From positions 25,854,001 to 25,918,000 of the forward strand of contig OX597821.1 of NCBI GenBank assembly GCA_951406725.2: a stretch of DNA of 64,000 bases, read 5' to 3'. Source of the DNA: Octopus vulgaris (lineage: Eukaryota). Position numbers and translations under genes: made by a program. Below are positions 48,203 to 61,140 of the stretch, in pieces. The stretch's first letter is position 1; each line of letters begins with the position of its first letter. A model generated the notes under the pieces. It saw only the letters and a program-made list of their open reading frames with translations. It had not been told where the DNA came from and did not search any database.

Positions 48203-50049
48203 ATGCATATTGGACCTTTTCTCCTTTAGCTTTGACCTACATTTTGAACAGAGAATTTAGTAGCTCGATATAGACAATTATTACTCTCTGGCCTGTTGTG
48301 CTCCATTGAATCCCAAAATATGTAGTGTCCAATTTTGACTCTGGAGAAATTTTGGCACTATGCAGTGGCACTCAGTTTGGGGTTGGCATAGCTCTCCATG
48401 TGATACTGAAATGATTAAACCACTGAGCTTAATTCATTCGGAAGAATACATCTTTCACATGTCACATAAATAAGGCAATATTTTACTTATTTTCCTTTTC
48501 TGAATCTGACAGATTATAGCACACATGGTTTGGGGTATGATTTTTTTTTTTATGTTACTGTAAAAAATAATAGGAGTTCTCTATCTGCAAGTTGAATGAG
48601 AAGAATACCTAGAGTATGAGTGGAAAGATGTACACTGAGATATATCGTGAGATTCATGTGGTATAATTAAACATGTAGTAAGATGTAGTGATATTAGAGA
48701 CAGATAGTGAAAAGTCAAATTAATCTGTATGTCTAATGACTTTGTTCATTGAATATAATGTGATATAGGTTATACTTGGTTCAGTTTATCTTGCTTAAAA
48801 CAACAATAGCGGTGAATACACAATAGGACTTGTTGAACAGAACTTCCATTGGCATAATCTGAACTGGATATTCTATAGAAATGTTTTCTTATATTTATAA
48901 GTAGTGGCTGTTTTAAACAGCCTTTCTCAATTAACTTAAAAAGAAAATAAATATAGTTTCTTATGATAGAAAATAATTTTAAACGAAACTGGAAGTTTAA
49001 TGCTAATGTGAGTTTGAATGTCATTAACAAGATTCCTTTCTAAAAGACTTGCTTTTCTTCCAGGCATTACTCCTCTTTACTTTCTGCAATCTCAGATTTT
49101 ATTTGAAGACAATACTTCTTCACAAGATTTAGTGACGTTTTCACTGAATGCTTTTTAGGTGTTGAAGAAGAATTACTAATAATAAAAATATTTCTTTATT
49201 GTCTCTGCAAAAAAGAAAAATACAAATAAGTAAGATAAAATAAAATAAGATTTATCTCCTAAGAAATCCATTTCTGTTATTGGCCATGGAATGTCTTCAT
49301 AAACTGAAATAAATCTATTAAGTAAAAATTGTAAAGCAGACTTAATCCCACCATATTTTTCCCTTGAGGTCTTGTACAAGTTTATGGAAGTAAATCATTA
49401 TTTATCCTTTCCAAACCCCAATTTCCAAAAATAAATTAGCTGAGTCTGGAAAAAGAAAACTGTGTCTCTCATTTCCTAAGATAATAACATTTTTAAATTA
49501 AAACTTAAGAGAGAAAGTGATTTCGTTAAAGAATGTTACTGTTTCGTCTAGGCAACCAATACATTGATATATTTATCTTTGGGAATAAACAATAACTGGA
49601 TTTAAAGAAACATTTATTATGAAAATCAAATTGTTTTTTCTTCGGAATTGAATGCATTTACTAAGAAGTGATATATTTTCCTACTAAATTTATAAATTAG
49701 AATTTTAAAACATTAATGACATGGATATAAAATTGTACATTCAAAGCCATGTTTTGTTGGCTTCTTCTTCGGTTGTATTTCATTTGTGCTTATTAGAACA
49801 GGATTCCACAAAGATATTATCAACTGTGTTTGTTTATATGTGTGTGAGTGTGTGTGTGTGTGTGTATGTGTGTGTATAGATATATCTGTTTAGTATTGAC
49901 TGTTGAAAAAGGAGTACTCAGATTGAGTCAGTCTCTTGCTACTCTGAGCTTTACCTGAAAACACACAGGATATTCAAGCAGATTGCGACAACTTGCCTGA
50001 AGATTTCATGGATAACAGGTGAAACTCAGCGTATACATACATATATATA

Positions 50050-50740
50050 AGTGTGCTACAAACATTAGCTACCTGTGTTACCAACTATCTAGATTTGTCA
50101 CAGGCTCGCTGTGTCACAAAAGTATCTCACTGCATGACAAAGAGTATCTGACTGTGCCACAAACATTGTTTATTTGTGTTACTAATAGTCAATCTTTCAT
50201 AAACTGTATAATGCCTGACTACAAACTGTCTAAGTGCTTTGTAAGCTGTATCTTGCTGTGTCATAAGCAGTACGTGTTTGTGTCATTAATTTACTCTAGC
50301 TCTACCACCACCAGTTACTATCTGTATCATAAATAGCATCCAGCTGTACCATAGTGTCCAGCTGTGTCACAAACAATTTCTAGCTGCATCACCAATGCTG
50401 TCTAACTGTGTCAGTAACAGTGTTTAAACTGTAACACCAATAGTATCTAACTATTCTGTCACAAAATATGATCAATGTGTGCCATGAACAGTGTCTGGCT
50501 TTAGGCCATGCAATTTTTAGTTGTTAAAACAGCAGTATCTTATTGGACCACTTATGGTACTGTGACAGTCTCTAGCTGTACTAAACACTGAGTTTAGCTA
50601 TTTTATTACCATTTTCTAACTGTGCAACCAACAAACTGTGCCTGGTGGACTCCACCAACTGAGTCATCAATAATGTGCACTGTGCCATAAATTGTGTGTA
50701 GGTGTGCCATAGACAGAATCTAATTGTGACACCAAACTTC
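50050..50740. repeat. Old degenerate minisatellite (about 22-24 bp, roughly tctagctgtgtcacaaacagta)
   Basis: Recurring ctgtgtcac / tctagctg motifs at regular spacing. Confidence 0.65.
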
Positions 50741-51810
50741 AACACAACTGCATTCATTTAGATAGTACCATGTTGGCATGGAAGACTCCACTTATTCCTT
50801 AAATCCTTAAAAATGTTTTAGCCCGAAGGCCATGGCCATGCTGGGGCACCAATGTCTGTTGAACAATTTGTTTCTGTTGCTGTTGCTACCAGCACTGTAT
50901 TTACAGAGTGAAAGGAAATATTTTGGGCCTCCAGGTATGCAGGTAATTTGAAAATACCTCACAAAATGATAACTGTGTCCTGCATCGTCACAGGTTGCCC
51001 CTTGGCAAGACATAGAATCTGTTCAGCCATCCTGCCAAGGATGCAGTGAAGTCATGGGGCTGCAGCATGGTGAATTGTAAAAAAGGCAGTGGAAAAGCTC
51101 AACTGAAGTGGCGCTTCATGCATTGATGCTGGGCAGAGGAATCCTTAGAAGACCAACTGTCAGGATCACCAATCTCTATCAAAAGAGTAACTGCAATGCA
51201 TCCATAGGGGTAGCATCCATGGTTGTGTAATTAGCTAATGAGAGATTCACTATGACTCAAGCATGACGACTCTATCCCTGCAACCCTATCAGGAACAGTG
51301 GGTGAGGTAGCAAGTGAGAGTCATTGGAATCCATGTAAGCAGTGTGACCAAAATGGGATGATGATTTTTGGGCCTAATACCGCAACTGTAAGACACAAGA
51401 GTATTTTAAGTGGCCCCTATTATTGTCATTCCTCCTGGTACCTTCTCAGGCCACTTTACTTACATCTCAATAATTTTAGGTTTCTATTTGTCTATATTGG
51501 TTGGTTGAGACATGTTTTTCTAGGAAGTTTGCAATGATTGTTTCAGTCATTGAACTGTAGCCATGCTGGAGCACTGCCTTAAACTTTATTGTCAAACAAA
51601 TCAACCAAAGTGTTTGTTTATTTTTTTTAAAGTTTGGTACTTATTCTATCAGTCTCCTTTACTGGGATGTAAACAAACTAACACTGGTTGTCAAATAATG
51701 GTGTGTGTGTGTGTGTGGTGCATGCATACAAGTGTGCATGTGTGTGTGTGTGCGTTTGTGTGTGCGTGTATGTGAGAAAGATGAACACAACAGACACAAA
51801 GCTACACACA

Positions 51811-51846
<36 letters not shown>

Positions 51847-51847
<1 letters not shown>

Positions 51848-52050
51848 TTTATTTAAAGCAGCAGAAAATTCAACAAAACTTGTTACTCTGAGTTTCACGT
51901 TTCCGTTCGTCGGACAGTTTTTGAAACGTGAAACTCAGAGTAACAGGTTTTGTTGAATTTTCTGCTGCTTTAAATAAAGCATATTACTCTACCACTGGTA
52001 TTTGAGTACTCTTTTTTCCACCTTGTTTCACATTTATGTGTTTACTCCGG
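51847..52050. mobile_element. TA-inserted hairpin element (inverted pseudo-LTR pair, probably Penelope-like)
   Basis: 57-bp arms 51847-51903 and 51923-51979 with one mismatch; flanked by (TA)n. Confidence 0.7.
51880..51917 (-). ncRNA. Minimal hammerhead-like motif with CCGACGA core
   Basis: CUGU CCGACGA ACG gaaa CGU GAAA CUCAGA GUA ACAA (ACAG in the opposite arm). Confidence 0.55.
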
Positions 52051-52847
52051 TATATATATATATATATATACAATGAGTTTCCACAAAGTTTCCATCTACG
52101 AAATTAACCTACAAGGCATTAGACAGCCTAGGGCTAGGTAGAAGACACTTGCTCCAGATGCCATGCAGTGAAACTGAACCCCAAACCACGTGGTTGCAAA
52201 GCAAGTTTCTTAACTACACAGCCATGCTTAACAATTCTGTTTTCCAAACCATTATTCTCATGTAAAATAAATAATTTAGTGGGATGTGTGGGTAGCAAGT
52301 GTGTTTCATAACCACATCCTTTTGGATTTGATCTTCTTCATAGCATCTTTGGACAGTGTAGTGTTCTAAACTCTTGGCCTGACCAATACTTCATGAATAG
52401 AATTTGGTTGTGTGAATCTGTGTAGAAGCATTGTATAGGATATACATACCTCACGTCTGTTATTACACCTTACAAAGTTCTAAACCAAAGTTCTATCTTC
52501 ACACAAAATCATCATCCACCACAAACAGTTCTTTAAGGATTTTTGATTTTTGTACAGATAGCTTCTTTAAGTTTCGTTATCATCAGAAGTAGAACTACCT
52601 AAGAATTTATGGGGACAACAACAGTTAATAGAGACAACAGTGTAGAGGAGATGCATGGCTACCCTACATGGAATAGGAGAGAAGAAGGTGAGGGTGATGG
52701 GTGCCAGGATATACCCCTAACCCTTTAGCATTTAAACCAGTCATATCCGACCCAAATTTAATACTTGTTTTATTTTCAAACTGGCCAGATCTGACCTCTC
52801 ACACCTTCCCTACAATGTCATATGTGTGTGTGTGTGTGCATGTGTGT

Positions 52848-52889
<42 letters not shown>

Positions 52890-53384
52890 CTGAATTCCTG
52901 AGACTTTGCCTGAGACTGTTTTGTGTTTTCATCCAAAATGAACACGATCAGCTTGAGAAATTATTAAGATATTTAGATATTTTTCTAAACATGAAACCAA
53001 TGGTAGCTTTAATACACAAATAAGGAAATGTTATTCACCAATGCAGTGTTGAGCACTCATTCTCATTGTTTGACATTTACGTGTATATATATATATACAC
53101 ATACATATATATATTATGTATATATATCTATATGTCTTTTTGTGAGTCTGTATTTATGTATGCAGTGGTATAAAAAACTGGTTGTTGTTGTTTATGTTGC
53201 ATTCCAAAATGCCTTGTAACTTATCAATTTGTTAAATAGAGATGCTAAAATAAATAATAAACTGAAATTAGTACTATGGTTTATACAATTGTCTTAAAAC
53301 CCTTGAAGGCATTGCCCCAGCTTTGTCACAGTCCAATGACTGAAACCAGTAAAAGAGAGAAGTTGAATTTTGCATGATGGAAAT

Positions 53385-53730
53385 TCAAATGGCACGTAAA
53401 AAGCACCATTTTAGTGTTGGGCTTCATAGAAGCAATGTGGCCAATGCTGGTATCACGTAACTGGCACCTGTGCTGGTGACTCATAAAAGGCACTATTTGA
53501 GCATTTGGCCTCACAGAGGCAATGTGGCTGATGCCAGTGTCACGTAACTGGCACGCAAAAACAGCCATGACACTCTTGGAGTGGTTAGGTTAGGAAGGGC
53601 ATCCAGCCGTAGAAACTGTGCCAAATCAAACTAGAGTCTGGTGCAACCCCCCTCAGCTTATTACCAGTCCTGGTCAAATTGTTCAAACCATGCCAACATG
53701 AACAACAGACAGTGGTTGGTGATGATGATG
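53385..53730 (+). mobile_element. RTE-tailed retroposon, diverged, three modules
   Basis: ggcacgtaaaaagcacc-type modules, ttaggaagggcatccagccgtagaaac, (GAT)n. Confidence 0.8.
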
Positions 53731-54106
53731 AGATTGAACTCCAAATCACGACTTTCAAAATGTGATTGCTTATTGACTTCGCTTCTCTGTCATCTGACGT
53801 TTGAGAACACCACACAAAGTGATAATTGTTCAATTTTAAGCATAAACATTTTTTTTTGCTTTCACAAACATATATACTTACATACATAAACACTGAAACA
53901 CACACACACATATCGTAATCAGTGCTGATCTTATAGCAGTAAATTACAAACCATTTTATGATTTTCAGAGCTAAAATTGCCAACCTAATATTTAAACCTA
54001 GACACTATTGGTGCCAATGTTCTAACAGCCATTTTGAAAAGAGAAACAAATAAAAAATAATTCTTTTGGTCTCAATTATACTGACACTTCATATTTCACT
54101 GTTTAG

Positions 54107-54165
54107 AAGCCATTCTTCTTTGATTTCCATTCTTTTATTTCATTCTTGAAGAATTATTATGACAG
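54107..54165 (+). CDS. Candidate exon (KPFFFDFHSFISFLKNYYD)
   Basis: ctgac branch-point-like motif at 54081, tttag acceptor, strong CAG|gtaaat donor, open frame. Confidence 0.45.
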
Positions 54166-54949
54166 GTAAATTTGTTAATGTATTTCCATTGTTATTTTTC
54201 CTTGAATGGTTAACGTTATCTGTCCCCTTAAAATATATCATTAGTCTCGAAGCAGTAATTTATTTCTCTAAGTACTGCTTACCTGCACCTGTTCCATGTT
54301 AAATGTTGACTGCAAAATTATTCATATTGAAATATTGCTATATCTGGCCACTGAGACTGCTACCAAAACACAATTGCCATCCAATATTTTCTTCAAAGTA
54401 ATTCCCGAACAGCTCATTAACCTGATCATGTTCATTTCTCGTTTTTTATTTTTTTATTTTTAATTTTATTTGTTAGTCTAAATAATTTCAAAAACTTAAG
54501 TTATTTTGTTTTCTAAACTGATATGTCTGTGCCTGTCATCATAATATTTTGTCTTCCATAACAGAATGTTGTTTAATAGCATCCTAGCTAACATCTACAT
54601 AATTTGTCATATTCCATATAAATCTAAATATGATTCTGTTTTAAATAATACTGTGACAGGCAGATATAGATATATGTTTCAGAGTATTTGCATGATAATT
54701 TGGATAGTCCATAATTCCATAAAATCCTTCTTGCTAATATATTCAGCAGGATATTGTGGTATGTTCCATCTATATTTAAATCATTGTTACTTCATGTAAT
54801 ATCTTAAGGCTGGCTGTGTTATCTAAAATTATTTCAAATTTCCAATACAGCAGTTTTGTATATATTTTCGAAACTGGTAAATCTACAGGGCCTTCTCAGT
54901 AGAAATGGCCCCTCAAACTTCTGTTCAATTCCATCTTATTTTTTCTTTT

Positions 54950-55345
54950 ATCTTTTACTTGTTTCAGTCATTAGTCTGTGATCATGCTGGGGCACCGCCT
55001 TGAAGAATTTTTGTCACACTTATCGACCTCAGTACTTTATTTTTTTTTTTGTAAAATCTGGTACTTACTCAATTGTTACTTTTACTGAACTGCTAAGTTA
55101 TGGGGATGCAAACACACCAACACTGGTTGTCAAGTGGTTGTAGTGGACAAATGCATACACAAAGACACACACAAGCATACATGATGAGCATCTTTCAGTG
55201 TCTGTCTACCAAATCCACTCTCAAGGCTTTGGTCAGTTCAAGGTTACAGAAGAAGATACTTTCCCAAGGTTCCACACAGTGGAACTGAACCCAGAATCAT
55301 GAAGTTGGGAAGCAAACTTCTAACCACTCAGCCATGCCAGTGCCT
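54950..55345 (-). mobile_element. CORE-type SINE, diverged
   Basis: Reverse complement of the 5559-5976 family. Confidence 0.82.
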
Positions 55346-55467
55346 ATCATTGTAATTTTGAAGTAACTTAGATTTGATCCTGTTATCTCACAGCTTCCAT
55401 CTCTGCTCCAGTTGAATCTGAGAAGTTTGGTGTGTGTATATATACACACATTATATTTCATATACGT

Positions 55468-55790
55468 GAAGGCACATGGCTTAGTGGTTAGGGTATTCGG
55501 CTCACAATTGTAAGGTCATGAGTTCAATTCCCAGTGATGCTTTGTGCCCTTGAGCAAGATACTTTATTTCATGTTGCTCCAGTCCACTCTGCTGGCAAAA
55601 ATGTGTAGTACCTGTTTTACAAAGGGCCAACCCTTTCATACTCTGAGTCACGCTGAATCTTCCTGAGAACTACATTAAAGGCACACATGTCTGTGATGTG
55701 CTCAGCCACTCACACATTAATTTCACAAGCAGGCTGTTCTGTGATTAGACTAACTGGAACCCTTGTTGTCGTAATCGATAGAGTGCCAGT
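55468..55790 (+). mobile_element. tRNA-derived CORE-like SINE
   Basis: gaaggcacatggcttagtggttaggg...gagttcaattccc...cccttgagcaagatacttt. Confidence 0.8.
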
Positions 55791-55896
55791 TATTCTTACA
55801 TATATAAACACACACATGTGCATGTGCCACAGCACGCACACAGGTTTTTGGTGATCTATTAGAGGGTATCTCCTGTTGCCCTTGATTAACTTTTAA

Positions 55897-56892
55897 CCCT
55901 TTAACGTTCAGATTTCTCTGTCACATGTTACCCTTATTTATTCACATTGGTTTGAATTAATTATGCATTACCATAACTGTGAAGGTGCATGGCTCAGTGG
56001 TTAGAGCGCTGGGCTCACAATCATGAGATAGTGAGTTTGAATCCCGGACCAGGCTGTGTGCTGTGTTCTTGAGCAAGAGACTTTATTTCATGTTGCTCTT
56101 GTTCACTCAGCTGTAGAAATGAGTTGCGACATCACTGGTGTCAGGCTGTATCGGCCCCTTTGCTTTTTCCTCTGATAACATTGGTGGCATGGAGAGAAGA
56201 GATTGGTATGCATGGGCGACAGCTAGTCTTCCAGAAAACAACATTGCTCAGACCTGTGCCTTGGAGGGTAACTTTCTAGGTGCAATCTTTGAGATAAGTT
56301 ATCATCATCATCATCATTGTTCGACTGTGGTCGAGACAATGGAATTTACCATGCTACACCAGACTTCACGGTCCATCATGGCATTACAGAGGTCCTGTTG
56401 CTGGATGCCTGTATCCCTGGAGATTACATCAGGGTAGGAGAGTGTGCGCCCTCTGGTGTTGCGAGTAGATGGCTTCCAGAGGAGAAGAGTAGAAATTACC
56501 TCTTTTTCAACTCTACAACAATGTCCAGCAAACTGGACTCTCCTACCTTTCACAAGAGATGACACAGGTGGTAGTTTCCCATATATTTGCATTTTGGTTG
56601 GATGGTGCTTCCATGAGAGATTTTGAGCTCTCATAAGGAGGCGAGTGTAGGTTCCATCCAACCGCCTCTCAAGCTTCTTTGATAATGTCCAGGTTTCTGA
56701 GCCATATAGTAGAATTAGTTTGATAAGTAATGAGGTCCTTCTTATCTCATAACTTCAATATTTCAATGATGGAATTGGTTGTTTTTAGAATAACATTGTT
56801 GGGTAGGTGTTAGACGCTGAATCTGGCTGGTTTCAGCATAAAAACAGGTAGAATGTTTGGGCTGGATAGGGCCAGATTAAATGCTAAAAGGG
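55897..56892. mobile_element. TTAA-targeting MITE with nested SINE (55980-56288) and LINE fragment
   Basis: TTAA-cccttta...taaaaggg-TTAA; internal pieces match 23220-23440. Confidence 0.78.
56300..56721 (-). mobile_element. 5'-truncated RTE-type LINE 3' end
   Basis: LYGSETWTLSKKLERRLDGTYTRLLMRAQN...RRVQFAGHC...AMMDREVW...VEQ then (TGA)n; candidate TSD gataagt. Confidence 0.85.
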
Positions 56893-56968
56893 TTAAGGTA
56901 CTTCATTTTGTAATGCTATTTGTTAATTAGCCAAGTATGTATTTCTGTTCATTGTGTTGTATAATAAT

Positions 56969-57205
56969 GAAGGTGTGTAGCCTAGAGGTTAAGGTGTTTC
57001 ACTCATGACTGCAGATTGTAGTTTCAATTCCTGGACTAAGCAGTGCCTTGTGGCCTTGAAAAAAAAACTCTTCATTTCTTGTTGCTCTACTCCACTCAGC
57101 TGTAAAAGAACAACCTTGCAAGGAACTGGCATCTTGTTCAGGGGAATGTTGTGAACTCAGTTCCTTATGAACCATGGAGATTGGGTAACCAGCCCTTTGA
57201 GCTCC
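56969..57205 (+). mobile_element. tRNA-derived SINE, degraded
   Basis: gaaggtgtgtagcctagaggttaagg...gtttcaattcc...ccactcagctgtaaa. Confidence 0.65.
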
Positions 57206-57329
57206 AGGACTCAAGACAGAAGTACCCATGTATAATATCGCAGTATCTATTTCTAATAACTAATTCTAGATTATCTATAGTTCTATTGTTTTATAATTTC
57301 TGTTGTCTATAATGAGTAGTTATAAAGTC

Positions 57330-57520
57330 TACCGTTCTATAGCAAGTAGTTCCATAATGACTGCTTGTGTAGTCAATAGTTCTATAATGAATATTTGTAT
57401 AGTCTATAGTTCTATAAGGAATAGTTGTATAGTCTATAGTTCTATAATGAATGCTTATATAGTTGTAGTTATGTATAGTCTATTGAATAGGTTATAGCTC
57501 TATAATGACCAGTTCTGCAG
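57330..57520. repeat. 30-bp tandem repeat (tagtctatagttctataatgaatatttgta-like)
   Basis: Three clear units plus degenerate flanking copies. Confidence 0.8.
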
Positions 57521-57634
57521 TCTATGAAGTGGCCTTGTTCCTATATACAGGGAAGGTATAGGTATTTATTATGTACTGTGTATATATAATGTAAATTGTG
57601 AAATTATATAGATTTGAAGGAATTGATTTCATAG

Positions 57635-58250
57635 GTGCTCCTACTATTGACTGTAGACAGTTGCCTTGGTGACCTAATCAACAGTGAAGGTAGTTGTTCC
57701 AAATGTATAGTAGCCAGAGTAAGGACAGGGTGGAACAAATTCAAAGAACTGTTAACTCTGCTGACAAAAAAAGGTGGGGGAAGTGGATTCTTTTTTTCCA
57801 TGTGGAGGTCAGATTGGTTTTGTATTGAATATATGAAGAACTGTGTTGTGTGATAACAAAACGTAAGCATTGAATGTACAAGATGTGTGAAGGCTAAAGA
57901 GAAATGAGGTGAACATGCTCCACAGAATGTATAATGGTAGTGTGCATGAATGTTGAAGCCCAAACAAGCTGAGGAAAAAAAAGCTAGAGACAAGAGGAAT
58001 CAAATTCAATGTACAAGGGAAGATGTCTGATGCCTATGGAAGATGATAACAAGGTGTAAAAATGCCAGTCTAGTCCATCCAACTGAAGGTATGGACTGGC
58101 ATTTTATATGGAAGAGAAAGACTGAAGAAGACCTAGAAAGAAGTTTTAAAAGGCTGATCTCAGAATGCTAACCTTCACGAAAGAGAAAATGATTGTCTGC
58201 AACAAGTTTTGTTCTTTGAGAACCCCTATGCAATTCAGGTATGGAAAAAT
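57635..58250 (+). pseudogene. Old RTE-clade LINE C-terminal remnant
   Basis: LGDLINSEGSCSKCIVARVRTGWNKFKELLTLLTKKG. Confidence 0.75.
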
Positions 58251-58486
58251 GGATGAAAAAAAATTATAAAGATTTGTGGAATCAAGGCTTAACACTAGAA
58301 TCTTTCAACTGGCACGTTCCTTTCAATATTAAGTTTTGTCTCCTTCGTTACTGTGGGCCAAATTGCTTTCTAAAGCCCACATTATATATTGTGAGACGTA
58401 TTGCATTTACATTAGAGAAATTTGGCACTTTAAGCATTCTATTTAAATAACTGGTCACTCTAATAATATAAGACTGATATAATGTG

Positions 58487-58529
<43 letters not shown>

Positions 58530-58953
58530 GATAGTTTGACAAGAGTTGGTGTCACAATAAAGATTGGTCCACAGTAACAGAGGTTGACAATTGAAAGAGA
58601 ATTCAGGCATAGAAATACTGCCAAATTAAATATGTGGTGCAGAAAAGTCTCAAATCTCACTTAGCAATTCCGTTTGATGCTGTGATAGGACTGTAGCAAT
58701 ACATATCAGCCAATTCAGCTAGACAATGATGAGCTCATAAAATATATTTGGCAATTTTACCAATATTGATCTTCTGCAGCATTTTCTCTGAACTACTTCT
58801 CTCAGTGGTAGAGTCCACTTTCTAACTGACATTATCACTATCTGCTCTGCTTCTACCATATTCCATGCCATCTTATTACACAGTGTGTATGTGTGTCCGT
58901 TGAGCTGTTGTGCATTGGAGTCGTATATTTCGACATGTAGTTTGAGTTGTGCG

Positions 58954-59006
<53 letters not shown>

Positions 59007-59799
59007 ACATGAAGAATGTAATCCCTGTGAAATAGCTGTATATATTCAATGGTTATATATTGTATATAGTATATAATGTATATAAAGTGCTCTCTCTCTA
59101 CCTCTCTCTCTCTCTCTCTCTCTCTCTTATATATATACTTGTTTGTTATGTTGATGTGAGGAAAGAGAGAGAAGGGAGAGAGAGTGGAGGAATTTAGAGG
59201 AAGGTATCATAAGAATGTTTGCAGCTGTAGTGGGTGGGTTTAGGGTAACCTATCAACCAAGCAGGAATGTCATATGTTAGTGCTGCAGTACTATAGTCAC
59301 ATATGTAGTGTACACTACTGCAGTGTCACTGTTAGCACTAATGCTATACTACTGTAGTCTTGTCTACATATAGTATAACATTACTATTGTGATAGTGTTA
59401 AAGTTAGCTCTATAGTACTATGATGATACTATGATGATACTATGATCATATCTGTACTTACAACAATAGTGATGATAAAATGGTGTCGCTCTTGTACAGA
59501 CATGTTGCTTTTACCAAAATTCTATAGTGCAGCGAGTTTAATAGTATAACAGTATTATAGTTATATGTTATTACAGCAGCAGTCATAACTATTTAGTAGT
59601 TTTACTGTACAGTTATAGTTATATAGTATTCTCAATATTTTGACTTTTGAATTTGGTTTGTAAGATTCTTGATGTGGAATCATGTGTTGATATAGATTTT
59701 GTTATTGGCATAATCACCCTCCCAACATACAACAAAGTATTTACAATACTAGAACTATAATTTGTCAGTATTACAGTACTATAGGTATGACTATATAGT

Positions 59800-60040
59800 C
59801 ATCATTATCATCATCATCATCATCATCGTTTAACCTCCGCTTTCCATGCTAGCATGGGTTGGACGGTTCAACTGGGTTCTGGGAAGCCAGAAGGCTGCAC
59901 CAGGCCCAGTCTGATTTGGCAATGTTTCTACAGCTGGATGCCCTTCCTAACGCCAACCACTCAGTGAGTGTAGTGGGTGCTTTTTACGTGCCAGACGAGG
60001 CTGGCAAACGGCCACGATTGAATGGTGCTTTTTATGTGCC
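59800..60040 (-). mobile_element. RTE-tailed retroposon
   Basis: Reverse complement of the 2405-2769 family. Confidence 0.88.
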
Positions 60041-60515
60041 AAAAAAAAAAAAATTAAAGGTTCTTCTCAAGCCTTGTGTTCATAGGGAATATTCACCCAC
60101 TACTGAATGGTACGCCAGTCTGTCACAGGATTACTCACTTTTGCTAGCTGAGTGGACTGAGGCAACGTGAGATGAAGTGGTTTGCTCAAGAATACATTGC
60201 ATTGTCCAGTCCAAGAGTCAAAGCCATCACCTTATGACCATGAGTGCAGCACTAGTCCCTAAGTAATGCACCTCCTCATATAGCAATAGTACAATACTAT
60301 AATTTTTTCAATATAATAGTTTTACTGTACATTGTCATAGTCAGACTTGAGTCTGGTGCAGCCTTCCAGCTTGCCAGCCCTGGTCAAACTGTCCAACCCA
60401 TGCCAGTATGGACAACGGACATTAAATGATGATGATGATGATGATGATGTACTATAGTCATATCAACATTGTGGTATTACGGTAGTATAGTGATGGTGTA
60501 CTGTTACTCTACTAT

Positions 60516-60589
60516 CATCATCATCATCATCATCGTTTAGCGTCCGTTTTCCATGCTAGCATGGGTTGGACGGTTCAACTGGGGTCTGT
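60516..60589 (-). mobile_element. 74-bp 3' tail of the RTE-tailed retroposon with 17-bp TSD
   Basis: TSD tactgttactctactat at 60499-60515 and 60590-60606. Confidence 0.88.
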
Positions 60590-60779
60590 TACTGTTACTC
60601 TACTATAGTCATAGCAATATAGTATTATAACTGTACTGTGAATCACAACTATTTAGTATTATTATTGTACTACATAGTGTAATGATATAATCGCAACATA
60701 AATACAAGCCAAGTTATATTTCTGGTGCTGTGGAGTTAAACTGTACCCACACACTCTTACAAATCTCCTTCAAGTTCTT

Positions 60780-61140
60780 CTTTGCTCTCAACTCTTCTGG
60801 TGTTCTCCTCCACACCCTTATCTTCTTCCTAATTTCTACTTTGTAACCTCTGACCCTCTAACATTGCTACTAAAGAGTTATCCACTCTTCCTTTCAATTA
60901 GCTAGCCGTCTATTACCCCAGCACAAGCTCACATGACATACCCAGCGCTACTTCTCTTATTGCCCTTAACTATTGTATCTTAATCCCAAACCTGGCATTT
61001 AACATTTTTCTCAAATCCTTCCTCACCAGAATGACAACACTCTGGAATTCCCACTCTTCTCAGATGTTTCCAGGAGACATTGACTTACAATTGTTCAAAC
61101 TGAACATCTACCATATTGATTGCTCCAGTCTGGCATAGTT
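60780..61140 (+). pseudogene. CR1-group LINE C-terminal remnant
   Basis: SFLTRMTTLWNSHSSQMFPGDIDLQLFKLNI matches the SF..RT..LWN.LP..VFP...L..FK pattern. Confidence 0.65.

Larger units (their letters stand above)
51538..52227 (-). mobile_element. CORE-type SINE, diverged, with an insertion in its TA tract
   Basis: SINE halves on both sides of 51847-52050. Confidence 0.75.

Noticed and set aside
48770-49030. Minus-strand ORF or exon, and a minus-strand donor-like site near 54280
   Set aside because: Isolated, no recognisable motif and no consistent minus-strand exon chain
49064-49229. Exon-like segment with in-frame TGA (selenocysteine or editing read-through idea)
   Set aside because: Good acceptor and donor, but all three frames contain stops and the best has two; no independent support for recoding
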